A stretch of 62,899 nt of DNA, filler included, from Octopus bimaculoides (taxonomy: Eukaryota), in NCBI RefSeq assembly GCF_001194135.2. It is 9 parts of 9 records of this genome, joined end to end, with 100 filler letters (N's around TTAATTAATTAA, not from the genome) between each part and the next. Parts side by side here need not be neighbours in the genome. Positions count along the whole stretch, not along the records: positions 48,879 to 53,400 come from NW_026376950.1; positions 53,501 to 57,632 come from NC_068995.1; positions 57,733 to 61,280 come from NC_068985.1; positions 61,381 to 62,899 come from NC_068986.1; 5 more parts are not named here. One strand, written 5' to 3'. Below the pieces are notes generated by a model. That model searched no databases and had not been told where the DNA came from. It saw only the letters and a program-made list of their open reading frames with translations. Positions within the stretch are counted from its first letter, which is position 1; every line of letters starts with the position of its first letter. Shown here in pieces: positions 48,879 through 61,459 of the stretch. The position numbers and the translations under genes were made by a program.

Positions 48879-49589
48879 TTGGATCTGCCTTTCCTGAACC
48901 TATATATATATATACATACATACACAAACATTTTCTAGATAGGCGACTTGCTAGAGAAGCCATAAGCTAACGGCTTCACACACACATATATATATATGTA
49001 TATACATATCCTTTGCTTTAAAATGTATTACCAAGTGTTATAAGAAGTATTGAAAACTCACAAATTCTTTGCTTTAACTTTCACAAATGTTCTGATTCAC
49101 AAACTTCGAGCGTGGCTGTACAGGGAGTGAATGAAATCAAAGGACAAACTTGTCTAGAGAGAAGGCGATTTACCAGTTGATCTCAATAAAAATGTTGTTT
49201 GTCAATCTTTGCAGTTTTATTTATACTAAGTGTGGGGAACTAGGATTGGTTCTCAGTCTTTCTAAGTTTGTCATGCACTAATAATCAATTAGATCAGTTA
49301 CTGTCGAATTTTGTATCTAATAAGTTTTAGAGTTTAAAAATTTAGACACTAAATTATAAGTGTTTACTTTGTAATATTAATTAGAATTGTTGATGAAAAT
49401 CAAAATTATGAATTACAGGTCTTGTTTTTTATGACGTTCAGGTATTAATATGGACTAGTGGGACACAACCTCACATTCTTTCTTCCTCTCTCTCAATCAA
49501 CCCTCCCCCTCCTCTCTAACAAACTGTAAAGTGTGAATGAACAGGTATAAGAAGAATATTATAGTTTTAGTTCAATAAAAAAAATATTT

Positions 49590-52384
49590 TCACTATGTAA
49601 CATCTCAGTATGTACTGCTCTAGTCACAAGATATGTGAACATACAACCGTAATGCTTTACTTCTGGTTGACTTTGACCATGAAATGTCCAAAGACATCTA
49701 CATCAATGTATGTAAAAGGAGGTTTGTCTGATTCAACTCTCTCCCTGGGGAGATTTGCCATAATTTGAGAAGCTCACTTAGCAAATAACTTCCTACAAAC
49801 AACACATGAATAGATAACTTTCTTCACAACAGATCTACCACCTGTAATCCAATAACGCTGTCTGATAAGTCCTAAACTCCATTCTCTCCCTATATAAGAT
49901 TTTCTGTGAAAATGAGCAGCAATACACTCAGCAATGACATATTTACCTGATACTATAACTGGATTCTTGATTTCAACTGTAGACTAACCAATCTACCACC
50001 TACCTTGAGAATACCATCATCATCCAGAAATGGGTGGAGTGATCTGAGGGGTCTGGATTTACTGATACATTTTTTTCCCAATAATCTATCTAATTCGTCT
50101 CTTCATAATGCATCCGCTAAGCTCTCATGATCGGAGACACCTCTGCATGCTGGATTTCTTCAGCACATAAAGGTCCCTGTTTGACATTACTATTTTTGTA
50201 CATTTTTGCAAATTGAAGCAACCATGCTAAAGCTCGTTTCATCCTGCACCAGTCTGAATAATGTTCCATGATCCTATCTATAGGATTCATACTACCTATT
50301 TGAAGAGCATTCCACATCCTAATTGGGTCTTTTCTGATCTCCATATCACCCAATAACAATTCTCCACTATTCTCATATGGCTACCATTCATCACCTCAAG
50401 AAGGTGGGTTCAGCAAACCACAACTCACTATCTTATTTGATAAACACCAGACCTTGACTAACAACATCCATAGGATTGTTTCTGCTTGACACATAATGCC
50501 ACTGATCAAGTTTTGACCCTTCTCTGATAAGACTAACTCTATTTTCTATAAAAATCTGGAACTGTTTGGTTTCATTTATAATGTAAGCCAAAAACTATGT
50601 TTGAATCTGACCAAAAGAACGTTCAGTCAATTCTGATTTTCAATCCCTTTCTTGGGAGAGTATCAACTCTGACTGACTAAGCAGCTGCTTGTAATTCCAG
50701 TCATGGAATGGTACATTGTTTGAGAGGTGCAACTCTACTTTTGCTTATGATAAGCTGTGTATGGATCTTGCCAAATGTGTTGATACACCTGATATAGCTA
50801 CAACAACCATAGGCTGACAGGCTTGCATCTGAAAAATNNNNNNNNNNGATATAGCTACAACAACCATAGGCTGACAGGCTTGCATCTGAAAAATGATGTA
50901 ATTCCAGATATGCCTCATAAAAACCTAATGGTTTAATGCAGCACAGAATTTGCACTTGATAGAGAAACTCCAATGTTTTTAACCATTTGTTCCTCTGTTC
51001 ACAAAGTTCCAAAGAAACTAGTTCATCCCAATCATATTTGCAATGAGTAGCATCCTGAAAAATCAACTTGCCCAATAATATCTGGGGACCAACAAACCCA
51101 AGCGGATCATACATCGATGACACAATGTTCAACATTTTCCTCCTCGTGACTATCTGATTTACCTCTACATTGACCTCAAAGGTGAAAGCATCCGACATGA
51201 TATTCCGTTTTACACCAAGTACTTTTCCTGATGAATCAGTACCAAAGCTCTTCACCTCTTTTACCCTGTGATTCTCTGGAATTTCTTCCAACAACTGAGT
51301 ATCATTGACAACAAATTTTGTGAGANNNNNNNNNNNNNNNNNNNNNNNNNNNNNNNNNNNNNNNNNNNNNNNNNNNNNNNNNNNNNNNNNNCTTCATCTT
51401 TATCGTCTACAGATTTCAAAAAAATCATCTACATAGAATTAATTGCTAATGTACTCTAGCATCTTCACATTCTGCAACAATCTGTTTAAGAGCATAGGTA
51501 GAACTACTAGNNNNNNNNNNTCTTCACATTCTGCAACAATCTGTTTAAGAGCATAGGTAGAACTACTAGCACACCACACACTCCCAAATAAATGTGATGT
51601 CATGCAATAGTGAACAACCTCACCACCTTGATACCACAAAAATCTCAAAGCATCTTTATCTTTCAGTGGAATCTTGACTTGATGCTACATAGATTCAGTG
51701 TCAGCTAGAATGGAATAGTGATGCTGTCTAAATCTCAATAATGCATGCAAAAGTTTGCTAACTAGGTAGGACTTTGTCTGCAACATTCATTGAAAGATTT
51801 GCCCTGATATTTTGCTGTACAATCAAATACAATGCGCACTTTGCCAGGTTTCTTATCAGAAATGACTGCATGATGAGGATGATACCATACACATTCAACA
51901 CCATAAATCTGCTCTGGAGGAACAACCTCAGCATATCCATTGCTAAGTAACTTGTTGACTTCTAAGTCATATCTTTGAACAAGCTCTTGTTTCTCAAGTT
52001 TCCTGAATGTTGATTTTAACCTAGATTTAGCCACTACATAATTATTTGACAATAGTTCATCCCTATCTTTCCAAGGAATTGGTAATTGCTAATGACCATC
52101 CACTTTCAAACACTCCCTATCCGATAATTCAATCACTGAATAATCATCTTGTGACCAACCAACTTCATTAATCCCCCACATTTTCCAATTTCCATAATTT
52201 ATGTATGTCATTTGTAACTACAGGGAATGACATAGTAACAAAGTTAGATATGGCTTGATGACTAACCTTTTTAACCGATGGCTGGCCATTGATACACCAA
52301 CCAAAGATTGTTCTAACAGCAAGGGGTTCACCTTTGTTATCCTTATGTACCTCTAGATATATTTTAATTATCTTACAAAAACTT
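49590..52384 (-). mobile_element. Decayed BEL/Pao LTR retrotransposon pol (RT, RNase H/Pao peptidase, integrase N-terminal part)
   Basis: WYHPHHAVISDKKPGKVRIVFDC (RT start); KVLGV; SSMYDPLGFVGP; YDWDE; LHHFSDASLSAYG; SKSRVAPLK; then LHPFLDDDGILKVGGRL, RQRYWI, CVVCRK and YGCMFT-LVTRAVH near 49620-50050. Several stops and frameshifts. Domain order is RT-RH-IN. Confidence 0.9.
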
Positions 52385-52583
52385 TGTCAGTTATTCATTC
52401 TAGAAGCAGCAGAAAACTGGTCACACTGGTACAAAGCCACATTCGCAGGAACAGGAAATGACTGAAGGAGAATATTCAGGAATGACAATGGGATATAGAT
52501 AGAGACAAAAGACCCTACCCGTTTGTCTGCAAATAAAACAGCCTTGATTCCGGATACAAGCTGGAAGTGACACACTTCTGACA
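52385..52583. mobile_element. Candidate 199-bp LTR
   Basis: Starts TGTCAG and ends CTGACA (6-bp inverted termini, TG...CA); AATAAA at 52532-52537; flanks actt/agtt match only 3 of 4. Abuts the Pao fragment. Confidence 0.45.
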
Positions 52584-52789
52584 AGTTATGAAAACTAATA
52601 CTAAATAGTAATATAATGGACTTCTTGTTGGAGATAACAAATACTATTAAACTAGCCTAATCTAACATGTTGAATATATATCTAGATTTTAATTATCATA
52701 AACAAAAAATATCTAGCTAATAATAATCCAACAAAAAATAGTTCATTCAATATAGTAACTTATAGATGGATAACTAATAACTTATTCAT

Positions 52790-53330
52790 CTATAATATCT
52801 AATACAAACAATAATTATACTGATTCTTTTAATTCCAATAAAAAATAATGTTACTAATAATAAGCATATTATACCAATAATAATAATGATTATTTTACTT
52901 TTTGTAATTGTTGCGATAAAACAAAATGCCCTATTAACAATCAATGTCTCTGGAAAAATATTGCATATAGATTTTCTATTACAGCTCTTGGTAATGAATA
53001 TATTTACATTGGTGCATCCTCATCATCATTTAAAATTATCTGGAATAGTCATAGATCTACATTTAGATATAAAGAAAGGGCTAATTATACATCTCTCTCT
53101 AAATTCGTACATTCACTAATAGATAGTAAGATTGAGTGGTCAATTGTAGTCTATGCACAACCTTATACTGGTGGTAACAGATTATATGGATTTTGCATAT
53201 TTGAGATATTCTACATTAACAAAAGTAGTAAGAATAATGTAATTATGATTAATAGACATGATGAACTCATTATAAGATGCCAACTTCTTAAATACAAATA
53301 TTTTCCATACTATAAACATATTTGACATTA
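52790..53330 (+). mobile_element. Penelope-like retroelement 3' fragment with GIY-YIG endonuclease
   Basis: Stop-free frame 52864-53325 with no early ATG, so absent from the ORF track: CNCCDKTKCPINNQCL..IAYR..YIYIG..FK..SHRSTFR..NYTSLSKFV..IEWSI..AQPYTGG..FCIFE..INRHDELIIRC. Confidence 0.85.
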
Positions 53331-53400
53331 TACTTATCATTGTAATTGTACATACTAAATTATAGCCCTAGTTTAATACTCAGTATATATATATTAATTT

Positions 53401-53500
53401 NNNNNNNNNNNNNNNNNNNNNNNNNNNNNNNNNNNNNNNNNNNNTTAATTAATTAANNNNNNNNNNNNNNNNNNNNNNNNNNNNNNNNNNNNNNNNNNNN
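53401..53500. other. Artificial spacer 6
   Basis: N44-TTAATTAATTAA-N44. Confidence 0.97.
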
Positions 53501-53990
53501 GTGTATGAGTATGTGTGTGTGCGTGTATGTGAGTGTGTATGTCTGTGTGCTTGTGTGAGTACGTATGAGCGTGTATATGTAAATGTGTGTGTGTGCATGT
53601 GAGTGTTTTTAATTATGTGTGCCTGAGTGTGTATGCGTGTGAGTGTGTATGTGTGTATGCGCATATGAGAGTATGAGAGTGTGTAAGAGTGTGTGTGCAT
53701 GAACATGTGCGTGTATGAGTGTGTGAATGAATATGTGAGTGTATGTGTCTGTGAGTGTGTGTGTATATGCATGTGATTGCATGTGTGTGTGTATGTATGT
53801 GAGTGTGCATGTCTGTGTGAATATATGTGAGTATGCGTCTGTATCTGTGAGCATAGCAGTGCGTGTATATGTGTGTGAGTGTGTATGAATGTATGTGATT
53901 GTGAATGTGTATGTATGTGTTAGTGTGGGTGAGTGTGTGTGTGTGTGTACGAGCAGGTGAGTGTATGCGTGTGTATGGGTATGTATGTGT
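53501..53990. repeat. Degenerate GT-rich low-complexity tract
   Basis: Direct reading. Confidence 0.9.
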
Positions 53991-54410
53991 ACAAAGCTAA
54001 GATTTCTGTTTTGTCCCAGAATAATACTGACAATAACCGGATGCAGTTTTACTAAACAAACAGATTAATGTTCAGATTAATCCTTAATCTTGTAGTCAGT
54101 ATGGAAGTCAGGAATAGATCTGCATGTGTGCATGTGTCTGCGTGCGTATCTATGTGTTTGCGTATGTGTGTGTGTGCATGTAATAGAAACATAAGCAGTT
54201 CATGTACAACGACAGAGGTTACCGTAATAGCTGCGTATTTAAGACAGCACTGTGTGTACGTATATCTGCATGTACATGTATGTATATACGTATGTATGTA
54301 CACATGTAAACGTTACCTTGACAAAGTAGTCTTATCAAAGTGGTTCCCAACCATTTTTTATCTATAGACCCCTTTGATTACTATTTTACTCTGGTGGACC
54401 CTCGTAACCA

Positions 54411-54719
54411 TTGTTGTTGTTGGCACTCCGTCGCTTACGACGTTGAGGGTTCCAGTTGATCCGATCAACGGAACAGCCTGCTCGTGAAATTAACGTGCAA
54501 GTGGCTGAGCACTCCACAGAAAGTGTACCCTTAACGTAGTTCTCGGGGATACTCAGTGTGACACAGTGTGACAAAGCTGACCCTTTGAATTACAGGTACA
54601 ACAGAAACAGGGAGAAAGTTGTGGTGAAAGAGTACAGCAGGGTTCGCCACCATCCCCTGCCGGAGCCTCGTGGAGCTTCAGGTGTTTTCGCTCAATAAAC
54701 ACTCACAACGCCCGGTCTG
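54411..54719 (-). mobile_element. tRNA-derived SINE family D (others at 18840-19322 -, 40490-40609 -, older copy at about 60055-60230 -)
   Basis: (CAA)n tail, body GGCACTCCGTCGCTTACGACG..AACGGAACAGCCTGCTCGTG; tRNA head seen in the other copies as TGGA-GC-CAATGGCCCAGTGGTTAGGG. Confidence 0.8.
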
Positions 54720-55515
54720 NNNNNNNNNNNNNNNNNNNNNNNNNNNNNNNNNNNNNNNNNNNNNNNNNNNNNNNNNNNNNNNNNNNNNNNNNNNNNNNNN
54801 NNNNNNNNNNNNNNNNNNNNNNNNNNNNNNNNNNNNNNNNNNNNNNNNNNNNNNNNNNNNNNNNNNNNNNNNNNNNNNNNNNNNNNNNNNNNNNNNNNNN
54901 NNNNNNNNNNNNNNNNNNNNNNNNNNNNNNNNNNNNNNNNNNNNNNNNNNNNNNNNNNNNNNNNNNNNNNNNNNNNNNNNNNNNNNNNNNNNNNNNNNNN
55001 NNNNNNNNNNNNNNNNNNNNNNNNNNNNNNNNNNNNNNNNNNNNNNNNNNNNNNNNNNNNNNNNNNNNNNNNNNNNNNNNNNNNNNNNNNNNNNNNNNNN
55101 NNNNNNNNNNNNNNNNNNNNNNNNNNNNNNNNNNNNNNNNNNNNNNNNNNNNNNNNNNNNNNNNNNNNNNNNNNNNNNNNNNNNNNNNNNNNNNNNNNNN
55201 NNNNNNNNNNNNNNNNNNNNNNNNNNNNNNNNNNNNNNNNNNNNNNNNNNNNNNNNNNNNNNNNNNNNNNNNNNNNNNNNNNNNNNNNNNNNNNNNNNNN
55301 NNNNNNNNNNNNNNNNNNNNNNNNNNNNNNNNNNNNNNNNNNNNNNNNNNNNNNNNNNNNNNNNNNNNNNNNNNNNNNNNNNNNNNNNNNNNNNNNNNNN
55401 NNNNNNNNNNNNNNNNNNNNNNNNNNNNNNNNNNNNNNNNNNNNNNNNNNNNNNNNNNNNNNNNNNNNNNNNNNNNNNNNNNNNNNNNNNNNNNNNNNNN
55501 NNNNNNNNNNNNNNA

Positions 55516-55751
55516 TTTCCCCCTCAGCAACAAGAAATTCAATCACTGCTCTTTGTTTTTGACGTAACTCTAAGAGGGCAGCCATTTTGAATTTGAATTT
55601 TCCTTACCAGTCTAAAAACCTGAAAAGTAAGAAACAAAATATTTCAGAACGTAAATGATATAATCAATTATAACTGGGAAAATTTTTACTTATTTTTATC
55701 AAAAACTTCACATGAAATAAAGAAAATGGCATTACTTTTTGACTTACCCTC

Positions 55752-55752
<1 letters not shown>
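55516..55752 (-). mobile_element. mariner transposon 5' end; remainder lies in the gap
   Basis: TA-CGAGGGTAAGTCAAAAAGTAATGCC TIR (55752-55728), then MAALLELRQKQRAVIEFLVAEGE from 55585, a mariner transposase N-terminus. Confidence 0.85.
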
Positions 55753-55782
<30 letters not shown>

Positions 55783-55786
<4 letters not shown>

Positions 55787-56357
55787 TAAAACATTCAAAC
55801 ACTAAGATTTGAAATAAGATGTCTCTACTGTTAATATCATCTGTGGATAAAATTCTAAAATTGCTATCACCATCACAATAACATTACATAGCTATGAATT
55901 ATAAATTTGCACTAAGCGTAATGATGCTTAAAAAGCATTCACCTGCTAGAAATAATAGCTAAAGTCTAAAATTATCCACCGTACAGCACCAAGATGACAG
56001 AGAAAGACAGTATGCGAGGAAAACGGAAAGAATTAATACATTTAACAGCACAAAATAAAATATTATGCAGTTTAGGACATCCACTTACTCGGGTTTCAGC
56101 TTTTGGATATTTAATGATTGATCCTCATCAGTGTGAACTACCCAGTAAGAATTCACGACCGTCAGAGCACATGGTGCAGAAAAATTATAAGCAAAACATT
56201 CAAACACTAAGATTTGAAATAAGATGTCTCTACTGTTCATATCTGTGGATAAAATTTTAAATTTGATGATATCACCAGCAGAGACATAGATGGATCGCAA
56301 GTAACAATAGCATTATATAGCTATGAATTATAAATTTGCACTAAGCGTAATGATGCT
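55783..56357. repeat. Direct repeat pair (55783-55928 and 56188-56357) flanking about 260 nt
   Basis: AAAACATTCAAACACTAAGATTTGAAATAAGATGTCTCTACTGTT...TTTGCACTAAGCGTAATGATGCT occurs twice. Confidence 0.85.
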
Positions 56358-56394
56358 GAGAGATATTGAATGTGATATATGTATATATATATAT

Positions 56395-56450
<56 letters not shown>

Positions 56451-57369
56451 TGCTGTGTCTGTGGAGAGTCATTTTCTTATTGTGACTTAAAATTTAACAC
56501 ACTCACCGGTAAAATTTCCACTTATCTTTCTTTTTATTTTCCTAAAATTTTCGTTGCGTCTTGCAACCTTTTCAATAGTCTTGACTGGCAAGACTATTGA
56601 TAAGGTTAGCACGCTGGACGAAATGCTTAGCGGCATTTCGCCTGTCGCTACCTTTTGAGTTCAAATTGTGCCAAGGTCAACTTTACCTTTCATCCTTTCG
56701 GGGTCGATAAATTAAGCGCCATTTGAATACTGGTGACGAGGTAATCGACTTTCACCCTCCCCCAAATTTCAGGCCGTGTGCCTATAACTGAAAGGATTAT
56801 TTATTGCTATTCATTGTTATTTATCACAAGGTTAATTAAAAGTACAGACAACTAATTATTGCATGGGTAACATTACACACTAACAATCTTTGCATGGTTA
56901 ATATTGCAGAGTACTAACGATTGCATTAATATTATAGACTCCTAATCAGTATATGGTTAATGTTACAGACTACTATCTATTGTATTATTAATGTTACTTA
57001 TTATATGGTTAATATTACAGATGTTGAATATTCGAAATGGTCATGGTTGAAATCTGGCAATGAGAGACAGATATGGAAATTGCAGTCTATGCTTGGTATG
57101 GTTGCATTTATTTTAATTAGTTTCTTCCTTGATCTTACTTTCCTGCTCCTTAGCTTTCTACACGGGCGCACACGCACATACACACAGCCATACAACCCTC
57201 TCACTCACTTTTCATCTCATTCGACTGAGGCCACTACCTACTTGAGGACCGACACAAACACAAACGCATACGCTATACAGATACTTCCACATGCACACAC
57301 ATATACTACATACACATATTACTCACATAAGCGCCAACACACATATTACTCACACATACTACACAACCA

Positions 57370-57632
57370 CACTGGCGCCTATAAATACAGTGACTGGCTT
57401 GTCTGCGAGTTCAAACGTGCCACGAGCACATTTGAACTGGTAGTAGCATTGCCTGTGGGCATCGGTACCATTTTCCTCTTTCTCCGTTCTTCCATTCTCC
57501 GAACTTTCCATCTTTCCGACGAAGGGCTACGCCCGAAACGTCATTCACTCTCTCTTTCCTTTCCTGAGCGTCCAATAACACTATCCGTATCACGTCCTCA
57601 CTTTGTTGTTTTTTGTTATTGTTTTTTTTAAC
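57370..57632 (+). mobile_element. Penelope-type terminal-repeat fragment with minimal hammerhead-like core
   Basis: TATAAATA at about 57379; hairpin GTTCAAA..TTTGAAC; core CCGACGA-A-GGGC(TAC)GCCC-GAAA-CGTC at 57516-57542. Confidence 0.6.
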
Positions 57633-57732
57633 NNNNNNNNNNNNNNNNNNNNNNNNNNNNNNNNNNNNNNNNNNNNTTAATTAATTAANNNNNNNNNNNN
57701 NNNNNNNNNNNNNNNNNNNNNNNNNNNNNNNN
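57633..57732. other. Artificial spacer 7
   Basis: N44-TTAATTAATTAA-N44. Confidence 0.97.
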
Positions 57733-57742
57733 TGTGTGTGTG

Positions 57743-57774
<32 letters not shown>

Positions 57775-60700
57775 CGTGCGTGTATGTGTATGTGTGCGTA
57801 CGTGTGCTCGTGCGGAGTGCTTGTACAAACACAGACAGACACTAATATATCTATGATATTTCTATGTGTAAATGTTTGGATTCATAAATATGTGTAATGA
57901 AAGAAATTTGTAGATGTCTACACACACGCACACACATTAATACTGGCATATATTTTGTGACGTAGCCTCATATGCACGTGTTCATATGCGTGTGCGTTCG
58001 ACGTGTGTGTTCGTATGTGTGTGCGTGTGTGTGTTCTTGTCTGTATATATACACACACATCTGAATGTTCGTTTTATATAATGTCCAATTAGGCTTGCCT
58101 TCAATAGCCTTTCATCCTTTATTAAACATGCATCTCTTTAATTCTGAAATTTCTCTGCTATCATTTCTATTTTACTATGATAAGGTAGCCTTTACATTTA
58201 CTCACAATTTTATGTGATATGATTTCATTAAATCTGGCTTTCACGAAAGTAATATTCAAGTGGGGAGAACAGCATTTTTTATTTTTATTTTCATATATCT
58301 ACTTGCCTGAAACTATAAAGAAGTTATCAGGTCATAAAAGCGAAGTTCAATATCAAATATATTCACATCACGCTGTCATCTAGGAAACGAATTTCTAAAG
58401 TAAAAATCAACAAACAGTTTCTCTTTAATATAGAAGCTAATATTCGTTCTGATTCGTTTATCATATATACGTTCTGGAATCACTTCAGTCTCAAATGAAG
58501 CTCCCTTAATCTGTTTTAGTGGGTTTCCTTAGATTTATTGCTTCTAAACCTTGTCATAACGTAACTTCAAATGCAACCTATAAATGGCTTAGAATCCGAA
58601 ATCACACCTAATGATTTCTGAAATGCATGGATTATTACGGACGAATATTTTAAAAGTAATTTCGTCTTAAGTTTATATTCTCGCATATATTGCACGTGTT
58701 CAATTGGCGAAGAAAAACATGAGCTGAGATATTCTGCGTTAATAAATCAGTTGCTTTTTATTTGCAATCTGGTATCATCAATCAGCCCAGTGATAAGTCT
58801 TACTAGAAAAGGATTAATTTAAACATTTATCTCTCTCATTCTAAACGACAATGATTTACAACATTTTGTAAAATATTTATGGCATATTGTAGTATTTATT
58901 TATCCTAAAATAAGCTACGCGTCCCTGCCAATGAAATAAAATTACTAATAATCGAAATAATCTATGCTGTAGATTATATTAGAGGAATGTATAGATGCCG
59001 TATATTTATTCTTTAGCTGTTTCTTTATCATTAAAAGTGCAATTGATCAAGAAAGGAGAAACTTATTATAAATGCACAGAGTTTACAACGAGATAGACAA
59101 AATAGTGGACGTGAACTGCATTGTCAGATACGCGGAGTTATAGCTTTATATTTTCTGTGTAACTTATTTTGTCATTCACATGAAGACTATCAGGCATTTT
59201 CTGATAACGCACGATATTTTAATAGTGGTATTATATAAGGTATCCTCTGTAAATCATTCATGATTTATTGTCTTAGCATTAACCCTATATACACGCATAC
59301 TAGAGGATACTAAACTATTTTCTTTAGCTATTTCCTTCAAACGTGCTCTGAACCACAACTCAATTTGAAATATCTTGTCGCTTCGCTAATTTTTCTCTTT
59401 CACTAAATAGAAAGAAGTGCGTTTGAACATGTTATTTATTTCAACATCGCTTCAAAAAAATATAAGAGAAAAAGGAATGCAGTAACTCTAAGCCGTATCT
59501 AGGAATAAATCCAATAATTTAGTATTTCTTTCTTTTTTTTTATTTTTTGTTTTTACTTTTTATCAAACATACAGATAAATTTTATCTGAATATATTTCTT
59601 CTAGGTATATAAAGCGTCTCGGTAGTAAAATACCGCATGTTTTAGAATAAAAAGTTATATAATATTCTATTGAAGCCTTAAGGCACCCGGTGGAAAATAA
59701 TTGCAATTTCCTTACGTAACAGGGAGAAAAGGATTATAAATATACAGCAAGAAAATTGTCTTCCAGTGTCATTCAATATATTTAATTAATTCCAGGAACA
59801 GACGGATGGTGCATATATTTTATAGATACACCCACATCGGTGAAACTACGGCAGTTGATGTTCCGGTTTCATTCTATACGAAGCGTCATGTCGTTACAGC
59901 ATGACCTGGCAGGTATACTGAAGATTATTAGATATTTCAATTAAGCACCAGGATTTTAGTGCGACGTGACATGCGTAAGACAACATGTATATGTAAGTGC
60001 TTGAGGTGTTTGTGCGCTTTTGAACGTGTATGTTATAAGACTGGGCACTGCGTCGGTAATGTTGGCAGAGATTCCTCTTGATTCGACCAACGGAACAGCC
60101 TGCTCGTGTAATTAACATGCGAGTGGTTGAGCACTCCACAGACACGCATACACTTAAAGTGAGATTCAGCGTAACAACACCGGATGGGACAAGCTTGACC
60201 CTTTTGAATTACTAGTACAACTCAGTTTTGTACAAGATAAAGCGTCTTTCCTAAGGACACGCCGCACCGCCAGGAATCGAGCTAACCGCGTTACGATTGT
60301 GAGACGAATACAATACTAGTCCCGAGAAAAGACAGGAAAATACATAGATAAATTTTCGTCTAAAGACACACGTTGTGGTATATTCCTATACTAACGTGAT
60401 ATAGATTTCGTGTACTTGTGTTTGATTAGACGTTACCCGTCATTTATATGTATTTCACAAATGCGATGTATATTTTCTATGACTGTCGCAGCTGAACCTA
60501 ATTCTGGAAGCACTACTGTAATAATCAGTAGAGGTGAACTTTCTGAAATAAGTATAAATCCTAAAGCGATTAATGTGATATCGGGATGCGCTATTGGTTA
60601 TATTTTGTACTATGATCCATGAAAACTTGTCAGACCTCATTAGATATAGAATTTATTGTTATTCTATATTATAGCTTCAAATATTCGCGAGTATAGATGC

Positions 60701-60965
60701 CTTTGTTCTTTGTTTATATATGTAATGATTCTGTATTCATTTTTCATTTCTGTTTAGGCGTGTTTGTGTGGTAGTAAGTTTGCTTCTCTGCGACCTGCGT
60801 ACGGGTTCAGGTCCACATTGAAGAATTTTAGTCAAGCAAGTTGGCCCCAGCGCTCATTGTTATCCTTATTATTAATATATTTGTCTAACACACTTTCTTG
60901 CCAAGTTGCTCAGTTACAGGAAAGTAAAAACAACAACGATTGACAAGCGCTGGTGGGAGACAAAT

Positions 60966-60998
<33 letters not shown>

Positions 60999-61280
60999 AA
61001 AACAATATATCTATCTATCTAGTTAATTATCTATATATGTATCTATATATCAAACTATCCGTGTTTTGTCTCATGAAATGTTTTTGCAACAGGTGGGTGA
61101 ATGTGCCAAAGGTTGTACGCATGAATGACAGAACAACCTTGTGCATGATCCTATAAAACAAAGAGAGAAAGTGCGCTTTGATCTCATACCGTTACTCCTT
61201 ACTTTCCCGAGGTTACCGCGGTTCTTTTTCGTAGGTTCTTCTTTCCACGGATAAAACTAGTCAATGATAAGATCGGAAGA

Positions 61281-61380
61281 NNNNNNNNNNNNNNNNNNNN
61301 NNNNNNNNNNNNNNNNNNNNNNNNTTAATTAATTAANNNNNNNNNNNNNNNNNNNNNNNNNNNNNNNNNNNNNNNNNNNN
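61281..61380. other. Artificial spacer 8
   Basis: N44-TTAATTAATTAA-N44. Confidence 0.97.
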
Positions 61381-61421
<41 letters not shown>

Positions 61422-61459
61422 CCATATATATACACATTTGCAGATATTTTTTTGGGGGG

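Noticed and set aside
15293-55590. Long ORFs rich in X in the ORF track
   Set aside because: They only span N gaps; no coding evidence.
4081-56800. tRNA genes
   Set aside because: All tRNA-like box A/B segments are SINE heads followed by SINE bodies; no complete cloverleaf found.
59631-59694. miR-124-like TAAGGCACCCGGTGGA with partial fold-back to TACCGCATGTTTTA
   Set aside because: Several mismatches to the near-invariant mature miR-124, and an 11-nt bulge breaks the precursor geometry.
14547-61336. Recurring TTAATTAATTAA as a biological repeat or array
   Set aside because: Always centred in exactly 100 nt of N; a synthetic linker.
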